NCBI GenBank assembly: GCA_964016885.1
Contig: CAXHJY010000443.1
Location: 122,638 to 186,637, forward strand
Direction of reading: 5' to 3'
DNA: 64,000 nt
Origin: Eledone cirrhosa
Taxonomy: Eukaryota
Shown: piece after piece, positions 53,360 through 64,000 of the stretch
Layout: each line of letters starts with the position of its first letter
How positions within the stretch are numbered: the stretch's first letter is position 1
Made by a program: the position numbers and the translations under genes
Notes under the pieces: model-generated
The model's database searches: none
What the model was told of the DNA's origin: nothing
Seen by the model: the letters and a program-made list of their open reading frames with translations, nothing else

Positions 53360-55248
53360 ATCATCATCATCATTTCATGTCCGTTGTTCTATGTTTGCAT
53401 GTCTCATTACCATGCAGCATTGCACTTCACACACAGGCATCATACAGCCGTCCTTTTGTATGTACGGAGAAACCTTTTGTTGTCAACAGTAGGAAAGGAA
53501 TAGCTCTCTAAACTTCTTCCACCCTATTCTTATTCTAGCTATTATTTTCTCGGAGCACCCTCCTCCACTGCTAATTAGGTCACCTCGCGAGCAGAAGCTA
53601 TCAACCACTTCTGTGGATCCTTTATGACACTCTTCCTCTATGCATCTAGTACATACAAAGACTTTCCTGTTAGTCTGCCTGCTAACCCACTACACTACTT
53701 ATGTACCCAATATTTGCAATGTGTACATCATAATAGAGTTTTTGCCTACTCATTTTCTGCATATTGAGCAGGGTGATTTCCCTGGAAGGATCAGGGTTCT
53801 GTCTTCTTTCCTGCTTACTAACACTAGTTTTTTTCTTCCATTGCCCAGATGGTTCTATAGAAATAGTGGACACCTTCCATTACCTGGGTGACAAAATCAG
53901 CAGTGGGGGAGGGTGCTCTTAAAGTACAGTAGCTAGAGTCAGAACAGGATGGAAAAAGTTCAGAGAGCTTATACCACTATTGGCCACTAAGGGTTTCTCT
54001 CTAAAAATAAAAGGCAGGCTGTATGATGCCTGCATACGAACAGCAATGTTACATGGCAGTGAGACATGGGCATTGTGTGCAGAGAATCTACACAGACTGG
54101 AGAGGAACGAAGCTTGCATGCTCCGTTGGATGTGTAATAGTAATATACGCGAACGGCAAAGCATAAATGAACTAAGGGAGAAATTAGGAATAAGAGGGAT
54201 CAGATGTTGTTTACTCGAGAGAAGACTACGTTGGTATAGTCACGTGATGCGCATGAAAGATGACAGCTGTATAAAAAAGTGCAGGGCGATAAAAATAGAT
54301 GGTAGTCTTCGCTCGAGTAAACATCTGATCCGTTCGCGTATATTACTATTACACATCCAATGGAGCATGCAAGCTTCGTTCCTCTCCAGTCTGTGTAGAT
54401 CCTCTGCACACAATGCCCATGTCTCACTGCCATTCGTATGCAGGCATCATACAGCCTGCCTTTCATTTTTAGAGAGAAACCCTTAGCGGCCAATAGTGGT
54501 ATAAGCTCTCTGAACTTTTTCCATCCTGTTCTGAGTCTAGCTACTGTACTTTCAGAGCACCCTCCACCACTGCTGATTTTGTCACCCAGGTAACGGAAGG
54601 TGTCCACTATTTCTATAGAACCATCTGGGAAATGGAATGAGCTAGTATTCTGTGAGCATTTGCTGCTACTTATTGCACCAGAGCACCAGCCACATATAAA
54701 ATCTATATTCTTAGTTAGCTTACCTGTGATCCCACTACATCTTTTATGCACCCATACTTTGCATTTGGGACATAAAATGGAGTTTCTGTCTACTCCTTTC
54801 CTACACATTGAGCATGGCCATTTCCCAGATGGGACCAGTGTCCTATTCTCCTTCCTATATATTAGGACTTTAGTCTTAGACAAGTTAACTTTAAGGCCTT
54901 TTGATTCTAGGCCATGCTTCCATGTTTGGAATTTCTTCTCTTGTTCAGCCATTGATTCGGCTATGAGTGTTAGATCATCGGCTTATAGAAGTTCCCATGG
55001 GCAGCCGGTCTTGAACTCCTCCGTTATAGCTTGGAGGGCGATAATAAATAGTAGGGGGCTAAGGAAGGAGCCCTGATGAACACCAACTTTTATGCTAAGC
55101 TCTTCACTATATTCGTTGTTAATTCTAACCTTGCTGACTGTTTCTTTATACATGGCTTGTATAGCTCTCACAAGCCATTCATCAACACCTAGTTTTCTAA
55201 GGGCCCACCAGATAATCGACCGCGTTACTCTGTCAAAGGCTTTCTCCA
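53360..55248. mobile_element. Rearranged RTE cluster: old (-) fragment 53360-53830, (+) fragment 53836-54305, (-) fragment 54331-55248
   Basis: ORFs 53980-54486(+), 54200-54952(-) and 54983-55270(-) are RT C-terminal pieces in opposite orientations. Confidence 0.92.
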
Positions 55249-55462
55249 GGATATATGATGATGATTTCATATGAATGAAACAGTTCTAGTCCTGTAGAAG
55301 TTATTTCTATATAAAATAAAGGTATTTTTCATATATATATATATTATATATATATATATCCCCTCCCCATACATGCTCCTAAGTGCTGCTCCCTTGTGAA
55401 GTGGTTGGTGATGGGAAGGGCTTGCCAAACAAAGCGTCAGGAGGACCCTCAGTTGTGTCAAA

Positions 55463-55495
<33 letters not shown>

Positions 55496-55500
<5 letters not shown>

Positions 55501-58500
55501 GGCAGATAAGATAATAGATGGAAATAGAGTGAACGACGGAATAATTAAAATAAGACTTGTCCTCAATAGAACTACTGTGACAATAATATGTGCATATGCA
55601 CCACAATCCGGACTGCCTGGCGTTAGAAAAGACAGATTCTATGAGACGTTAATGCTCACTACCTCCCAAATAACTGACAGTGACTACATAGTTATTGCTG
55701 GCGACCTAAATGGTCACGTTGGACGATGTTGTGAAGGTTATGATGGAATCCATAGAGGCTATGGGTTTGGTACCAGAAATGAGGAAAGCTCCAGAATCCT
55801 GGAATTCTGTGACGCAAATAACCTAACTATCTGTAACACTAACTTCAAAAAACGAGACAATCACTTGATCACCTATAGATTGGGGGAACACACAAGCCAG
55901 GTAGATTATATCCTTACCAGGAGACGTGACAGAGTGTCTGTTGTAAACACTAAATCCCTCCCCTATGAAGAATGCACCTCTCAACATAGATTCATAATTA
56001 GCGACCTCATAGTCAGGACGAGACATACTCGACAACAGAAGAGGACTATCCTCAGGAGAAAAATATGGAAGTTAAAAGACCCCACAGCCAGTAATAAATT
56101 TAAAAGCATATTACTTGATGCTTTTGATAGTAAGGAAGAGCAATTAGAGTCGTACAATATAGAGGAACAGTGGGAATTCCTGAAAGCTAACCTGCTGAAG
56201 ACGACAGATGAAACCTGTGGCTGGAGCAGACCTATAGGCAGGAGGAGAGTAACTTGGTGGTGGAACAGTAAGGTGGAGGGCTCAATCAAGGCCAAAAAGC
56301 AGGCGTGGAAATCATGGCGGGATGGGGGAAGTAGAGAAGACTATCAAGTGGCCAGGAGGGAAGCTAGGAGACAAGTGTACTTCGCAAGAAGGGAAGCAGA
56401 GGAAAGAAAGTTCAAGCATATTCTACAACGCGAGGACCAAAAACATGAGGCGTTCAGGATTGCTAGGCAATGTGTCAAGGAAAACAGTGATATTGTCGGG
56501 GAGAAGTGTGTCCTTAATGATGATGGTGTACTTGCCATCACTGACGCTGATAAGAAGGTAGCTTGGAAGTGTCACTACGAAAGGCTACTAAATGAGGAGA
56601 ATAATTGGGAGAAAGACAGTCTCCCCCACATCGACCCAATAGAGGGACCAGCAGTGCAAGTTGAAGGTAGTATAATAAGTAAAGCGATCAAAGACATGAA
56701 GACGGGCAAGGCGGCTGGGCCTTCGGAAATAGTTGCTGAAATGCTGAAAGCATCTGGAACGGTGGGACACACTATGGTCACTCGGATAGTAAACCAAGTC
56801 ATACAGAATGGGGTCGTTCTGAAGGACTGGCGCAGCAGCATCATCATTAACTGCTACAAAGGTAAAGGTGATGTCCTTGATAGGGGAAACTATAGAGGCA
56901 TTAAATTAATTGATCAGGTCATGAAGGTCACAGAAAAAGTAATAGCGCAACTAATCAGAGAGTGAATTGATCTAGACGAAATGCAGTTCGGGTTTGTGTC
57001 AGGTAAAAGTACAACAGACGCTCTCTTCATTGTACAATAACTACAGGAGAGGTACCTAGCTAAAAGTAAACCCCTATACTTAGCCTTTGTTGAGTACCCC
57101 GCTCGATTATCTAGTGGGCCCTTAGAAAACTAGGTGTTGATGAATGGCTTGTGAGAGCTATACAAGCCATGTATAAAGAAACAGTCAGCAAGGTTAAAAT
57201 TAACAACAATATAGTGAAGAGTTTAGCGTAAAAGTTGGTGTTCATCAGGGCTCCGTCCTTAGCCCCCTACTATTTATTATTGCCCTTCAGGCTATAACAG
57301 AGGAGTTCAAGAGCGGCTGCCTATGGGAACTCCTATATGCAGATGATCTAATGCAGATGATCTAATGCTCATAGCTGAATCAATGGTGGAACTAGAGAAG
57401 AAATTCCAAACATTGAAGCATGGCCTAGAATCAAAAGGCCTTAAAGTTAACTTGTCTAAGACTAAAGTTCTAGTTTGTAGGAAGGAAAATAGGGCACCGG
57501 TCCCATCTGGGAAATGGCCATGCTCAGTGTGTAGGAAAGGAGTAGGTAGAAACTCCATTTTATGTCCCAAATGCAAAGTATGGGTGCATAAAAGATGTAG
57601 TGGGATCACAGGTAAGCTAACTAAAAATATAGATTTTATATGTGGCCGGTGCTCTGGTGCAATAAGTAGCAGCAAGTGCCCACAGAATATTAGTTCATTC
57701 CATTGCACAGATGGTTCTATAGAAATAGTGGACAGCTTCCATTACCTGGGTGACAAAATCAGCTGTGGGGGAGAGTGCTCTGAAAGTACAGTAGCTAGAG
57801 TCAGAACGGGATGGAAAAAGTTCAGAGAGCTTATACCACTATTGGCCGCTAAAGGGTTCTCTCTAAAAATGAAAGGCAGGCTGTATGATGCCTGCATACG
57901 AACAGCAATGTTACATGGCAGTGAGAGCTGGGCATTGTGTGCAGAGGATATACGCAGACTGGAGAGAAACGAAGCTTGCATGCTCCGCTGGATGTGTAAT
58001 AGTAATATACGGGAACGGCAAAGCATAAACGAACTAAGGGAGAAATTAGGAATAAGAGGGATCAGATGTTGTTTACTCGAGAGAAGACTACGTTGGTACG
58101 GTCACGTGATGCGCATGAAAGACGACAGCTGTATAAAAAAGTGCAGGGCGATAAAAATAGACAGTAGCCACGGAGTAGGCAGACCCAGAAAAACCTGGGA
58201 CGACTTGATAAATTCCGACCTCACACACTTACACCTCTCCAAGACAATGTCACTGGACCGAGATCTTTGGCACTACACAGTTATACCGAAGACCCACCTT
58301 GCCTAAGTACAAAGCGAAACCTACAGTCAGTAAGCACCTCTAACAAAATACACTCCCGTCCCACTACCCCCACCCCACCCACCCCTTAAATGTGAAGTTA
58401 TGTTGGTACCACAACATCCAGTCCGAAAGAAATGAGGTTGTGTAGGTGTCACGACAAAAAAACACACAGTCCATGCTGTAATGTGGCCGTGTAGGTAACA

Positions 58501-58825
58501 CGGTAAAAACCTCCCAGTACACACTGTAAACGTGGTTGGTGTTGGGAAGGGCACCCAGCCGTAGAAAGCCCGCCAGACGTGTAGGTGTCACGACAATAAA
58601 ACACACAGTCCACGCTGTAATGTAGCCGTGTAGGTAACACGGTAAAAACCTCCCAGTCCACACTGTAAACGTGGTTGGTGTTAGGAAGGGCATCCAGCCG
58701 TAGAAAACCCGCCAGACAGTCCTGAGCAAGACAACCAATCTTGCCTCAAGGGGACAATTCCCATCTAGACCCATGCTACCGTGGAAAATGGACGTTAAAT
58801 GATGATGATGATGATGATGATGATG
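55496..58825 (+). mobile_element. Long 5'-truncated RTE LINE (partial endonuclease + RT + PHD-like finger)
   Basis: ORFs 55496-56965 and 57365-58306 with stops and indels between; 139-bp 3'UTR duplication; (GAT)n tail; 5' end abuts (TA)n. Confidence 0.97.
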
Positions 58826-59271
58826 AAACTTGAAGTATAAGGAAACAGGTTAAAATTAACTTTATTTATTCATAGTCGCTGTTATATACATATAAGACTG
58901 GTATGAGTTGTTTAAACAAACTTTTTCATTTGAGGAAGCCAATCACTTGCTGAGAACATACTGCAGCACCAAGTTCTGTAATGTCTGTAGATATTACCTA
59001 ACTACTGTGAATGATAGTTGCAGTTGGAACTATTGTTGACAGACTGCAGCACAGAAATTGTCGACTGTCCAGGTTTATATGATATACAAATATCATTACC
59101 CACTTATAGTCACTCACCTTACTAATTAACATATGAGTGCACTCTGAGTTATAGGCTTGTATTTCGAACATACAAATTTTGTAATATCATTGAGTAAGTG
59201 ATGGCCGGAGCTGTAAACTAATATTTAATAACTAGCCAAAATGGCCGAGCTCACACTAGATCCTCTACTTT

Positions 59272-59320
<49 letters not shown>

Positions 59321-59514
59321 ATATAAGGTTACCGGGACTATCATAAGGCTTCCCTGCTAGTACCAGTTGCATCTAGCATACTCAATAGGTAAGGTTATGT
59401 ATAAATCCCATAAATCCCAGAGTAGACACAAAGTTATTTGCCTCAATACAACCCACGTAAATGGGTACCATAAATTTATACCCATACTCAACTCAAGTTT
59501 CTGCCACAATGCAG

Positions 59515-59581
<67 letters not shown>

Positions 59582-59828
59582 TTTGCTAGAGGTAAACCTC
59601 TCCATTTAGCAGTCATTAACCTGAAGAAAGCTCTTGACAGGGTACCACAGTAATATGCTGGGCTCTTAGGTAACTTAAGATGAATAGCTTGTGAAGGTCA
59701 AACAAACCATATATTGGGGGTTCAGTGAGCATAGCATGTGTTAACAATGAGTAAATTGACTGCTTTTACATGCAGATTGGAGTCCACCAGGTTTCAACCC
59801 ACATTTCTTTTCTGATTACCATATGCAG

Positions 59829-60100
59829 GGCTTGCAATCAGAAGGTTGTGAGTTTGATTCTCAGACAGGGTGATGCATTGTGTCCTTGAGCAAGACACTC
59901 TATTTCATATTGCTCCAGTTTGTAGAAATGAGTTGCGATGTCACTAGTGTCAAGCTGTATCGGCCATTGCCTTTCCCTTGGACCACATCGGTGGCGTGGA
60001 GAGGGGAGGCTAGTGTACATGGGCAACTGCTGGTCTTCCACAAATAACCTTGCCCGGACTTGTGCCTCAGAGGGAAACTTTCTAGGTGCAAATCTCATGG
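59829..60100 (+). mobile_element. SINE with family-1 head and core and a third tail type, inserted in an old RTE fragment (about 59600-60770)
   Basis: ggttgtgagtttgattctcagac..gagcaagacactctatttca..tagaaatgag followed by an unrelated tail. Confidence 0.7.
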
Positions 60101-61253
60101 TAATCCCATGGCCATAACAGAAGAGTTTAAGACCAGCTGACCATGGGAACTCCTGTATGCTGAGAACCTAGTTCTTATAGCTGAATCTATAGTAGAAATT
60201 CCAGACATAGAAGCAAAACCTTGAATTAAAAAGCTTCAAAGTAAATTTATGGTCTAGAGTTTACAGTTAAGTTTGCAGTCAGGGTTAAATAGAGAAGGGA
60301 AAATCTTCCCATTCAGTACCAGGTAGCCATCCAGTGTGAGTGTGCACATGTGTGTGTGTGGAAAAGCATATCATCATCATCACCTTTTAACATTTTTTTT
60401 CCACACTTACATGGGTTAAATAGACTGTCATGTTCTAAGATTAGTCTGGTTAGATGATCATGTCTTGCTTATAAGTTCTATTTTAGCATGGTTTTACTTC
60501 CTAATGCTAACCACTTTACAGTGTGTACTGGGAGCATTTTACCATGACACCAGTACTACCACATTACAGAGTGCACAGAGTTTAAGCCCAGTTGACCTTG
60601 GGAACTCCTGTATGCTGAGAATCTCATTCTTATAGCTTAATCTATGGAAGCAAAACCTTGAATTGAAAAGCTTCAAAGTAAATTCTAGTAAGTAGAAAAG
60701 AACCCAGGCCCTTGATACCATCAAGGAAATGGCTGTGCTTAGTATGCAGAAAAGAAGTGGATAGGAGTTCCATACTGATAAAGTCAGTACTTAATTGGAA
60801 TTATTGCCCAGCCTGATGAGCCAAAGGCAACCTCACATACATTCTGATTCAGGCATGGTTTCTACAGTTTGATGCCTTTCATATCACCATTCACATTACT
60901 GAGTGTAATGGGTATATTTTATCATGGCACCAGCACAGAGAGCTTCTCTTTTTCTTTTTCTTTCCTCCTGCATCTGCTTCTCTATTTATCTCTGTATATC
61001 TATCTAAATGTACACCTATCTATCTATGCATCTGACTGTCTGTCTATTCAACCATATTTATTATGCAATAAAAATAAATGCCATTTGCAACCATTAACAA
61101 ATGTATACAAAACACACACACTGTAAATGATATATACATTTAGTTTAATTACATTGATCCCAAATTTATTTTAATCTGGTACTTATTTTACCAATATCTA
61201 TTTTCTAAGGGACAAAAACAACAACCCAGGCATGGACACATTCCTCCCCACCC

Positions 61254-61293
<40 letters not shown>

Positions 61294-61681
61294 AGGGCAT
61301 GGTAAGATACCAGGTAGACCATAACCCCAGAGTACTCGATACTTGGGGTAGTAGAGTGGGTAATATGAAAAGATTCAGGACCTCGATGGCTGAGCTCCGG
61401 CCATTTCAACAGCTGTCAAAATGACCAGACCTCAGCCATCAGGGTCCTGAATCTTTTCATAAATATACATATATATATTTCTGTATCTCCTTTGTGTTCC
61501 TATCTCTAATTTAGTACTCCTGAAGAAGGGCTAAAGCCAAACACATCAAACTTTCTTTCCCCTTTTCCAAATAAAGCATGAAACTAACAAGACTTTTTGT
61601 ACCCCGGTTTGTTATCTCCTTGAACTATATATATATATATATCATCATCATCATCAATTTACGTCCGCTCTTCCCTGCTTG

Positions 61682-61719
<38 letters not shown>

Positions 61720-61727
<8 letters not shown>

Positions 61728-61810
61728 AAATCAAAAGATGGTTAAAAGAGTTCCATGTATTTTAATAAAATACATGGAACTCTTTTAACCATCTTTTGAT
61801 TTTATATTAT
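61720..61810. repeat. Perfect palindrome, 45-bp arms, 1-nt spacer
   Basis: ataatataaaatcaaaagatggttaaaagagttccatgtatttta-a-exact reverse complement. Confidence 0.97.
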
Positions 61811-61896
61811 TTATACTCCAGTCCTATAAACTGTTGAGTGCTACTTATCCAATATTTGCATTGCTTTATTGTGCTACAATAAAACTCACCTCCTAC

Positions 61897-61945
<49 letters not shown>

Positions 61946-62026
61946 ATATATATAGGTTTAATACTCTGCTAAGTATTGAGTACCTTACTTACTGTGGTTA
62001 CCTCCGATTCAACCCGGAATAACTTA

Positions 62027-62061
<35 letters not shown>

Positions 62062-63229
62062 CCCATGTTAGCACGGAAAATTGGATGTTAAACAATGATG
62101 ATGATATAAATATATTCTTTTTCTTCACCCACTTATTCTTGAGAGAGTCCTGTCAGAAGCAACTGTCTCCAATTGATCCAAGCAAGACAAGCTGAGCTGA
62201 TGAATGTTATTCAACCGTTTTGCATGGAGTCTAGATCTGGGTCTCCTGCTGGTTGGTTTTACCCCTAAAATCTGTTCAGCGATTCTTTCCTGAAACTTCA
62301 TAACTGCATGCCTGTAATATAAAAGCTGTGATCTCTCAATTCAGAGTAGTATTTCTACCTGGAGTGACTCTCTGATCTCCAAACTATGTACTCTATCACG
62401 ATATGTTACTCCAAAGACCCTTTGGAAAAACCCAATTTTGTTACTATTGCATTCTTTCGGTCACTACCCAAGATTCATAACCATAGGTAAAGAGTTGGCA
62501 CAAATACTGAATTGAAGATAGCTAGTTTGGCTTTTACACCTACCTCCTTTCTTCTGATTACACACATACACACACAAACATAATCTAGTTTCTAAATTTC
62601 ATCCACAAGGTATTAGTCGACATTATGCTACACCTGAACAAATATAAAATTATGTGTTTTCGAAGTACCTGTCTTATTCACACAGCCACATCTGCATCAC
62701 TATTATGATATATATTTGATATATTTCTAAAATTTATTCCATTCCATGATCCATAAATCCACCATTGCATGTGTAGTTTAGGCTTCTGGTTAAATATTAG
62801 GGTTTAAAGTTAGGTTTAGGGTTAGGGTTAAGGTTTAAGCTTTATGGTCTAGAGTTTACAATTAAGTTTACAGTCAGGGTTAAATGGAGAAGAGAAAATT
62901 GTAAAACCAAAATTGTGATATTTTTCTCCTTCTTCCAATCAGTACCAGGTAGCCATCCAGTGTGAGTGTGCACATGTGTGTGTGTGGAAAGGAATATCAT
63001 CATCATCACCTTTTAATGTCTTTTTTCCACACTTGCATGGGTTAAATAGGCTGTCATGTTCTGAGATTAGTCAGATTAGATGACTACATCTTGCTCATAC
63101 GTTCTATTTTAGCATGGTTTTACAACACTTGCTAATGCTAACCACTTGTACACTGTGTACTGGGAGCATTTTATCATGACACCAGCACTATATTACAGAG
63201 TGGATTGGGTTTGTTTTATCATGACACCT

Positions 63230-63960
63230 GCACAAGAGAAGAGTTTGGAAAGAGAAGGTCATTGTGGATCTCTAGGCAAGAGCAGGGATTTCCACCTTTC
63301 CAAAAAGCAAAATTTGTTCACACTTGACCATTCAGGCCAATTTCCCTATTGAATGTAGATGGAAAAACATTCCTTGGGATTATGCCAGATGAGTAATGAC
63401 ATTTCTGTTAGCTCATGGCTACATCAATAATATGATGCAGAAAGCTGGAATCCCGGGTATATCAAGATGCATAGAACATATGATTATGATCTAAGATGCC
63501 ATACAGGCAACAAAGAAGAACATAAGTGATCTGACAAATGCTTTCCAGTCAGTTCTACAAAAACTGCTTGAGTTTGCTATGGATCTTTTCTGTATTTCAC
63601 CTGATAACGACCTATTACAGCAAGTTATAAATACACTTTACAACAAAGAATTTTACAACAGACTGGTACAAGCTGGAGGTGGGAATTGCAGTTGGGTACA
63701 CAATACCAGATATATGGTCTGAAATACATTTTGCAACTGTAAAAAGAAGATCCACTCCCCCAAGAAAGTTTTCATAGATAATGAATGTAGTTTGCACTAT
63801 ACTTCAAACTGCAATGCGCACTGATGTATCAAGACTAATGAGCAGAAATGTAACATCTATATTTGCAAGTGGCTCAGATTGCCACATACCTCTGCACAAG
63901 AATAGTGATCCGACAGAATTACTTATACCATCAATAGACAAGCTGTACAAATGTGGTAAT
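63230..63960 (+). mobile_element. Degenerate RT of a HERO/R2-group non-LTR retrotransposon
   Basis: FRPISLLNVDGKTFLGI, FLLAHGYINNMMQKAGIPGISRCIEH, KLLEFAMDLF and DWYKLEVGIAVG across frameshifts. Confidence 0.78.
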
Positions 63961-64000
63961 GTGCAGAATGTGTTTTGATGTGCCATTTCAACGTCTATAT

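Noticed and set aside
61515-61552. Additional hammerhead (ctgaagaagggctaaagcc...)
   Set aside because: The GAAAC half and stem I are not intact; too degenerate to call.
62797-62840. Telomeric repeat
   Set aside because: Only two or three exact TTAGGG units in a degenerate tract; typical of repeat interiors.

Overview
AT-rich, repeat-saturated animal genomic DNA. The (TA)n/(CA)n/(GAT)n microsatellites, tRNA-head SINEs and abundant RTE LINEs suggest an invertebrate, probably a coleoid cephalopod such as Octopus; the taxon is inferred. The only host-gene sequence I can support is two internal minus-strand exons of a CNNM/ACDP Mg2+-transporter gene (11738-11881 and 3259-3390, canonical AG/GT ends, phase 1-1, spliced frame open). 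The rest appears to be intron, including >52 kb upstream with no recognisable further exon. The introns hold about a dozen RTE copies from at least 3 subfamilies whose RT carries an inserted C4HC3 PHD-type finger, and SINEs with a tail chimeric between two RTE subfamilies. They also contain TTAA piggyBac-type MITEs (one nested three-deep), two mariners, relics of Tigger, hAT, Gypsy, CRE and HERO elements, and two 23-bp tandem arrays. Most notable is a set of short hammerhead-ribozyme-related, Penelope-like insertions in (TA)n tracts; several are perfect palindromes whose inversion point falls in the ribozyme.
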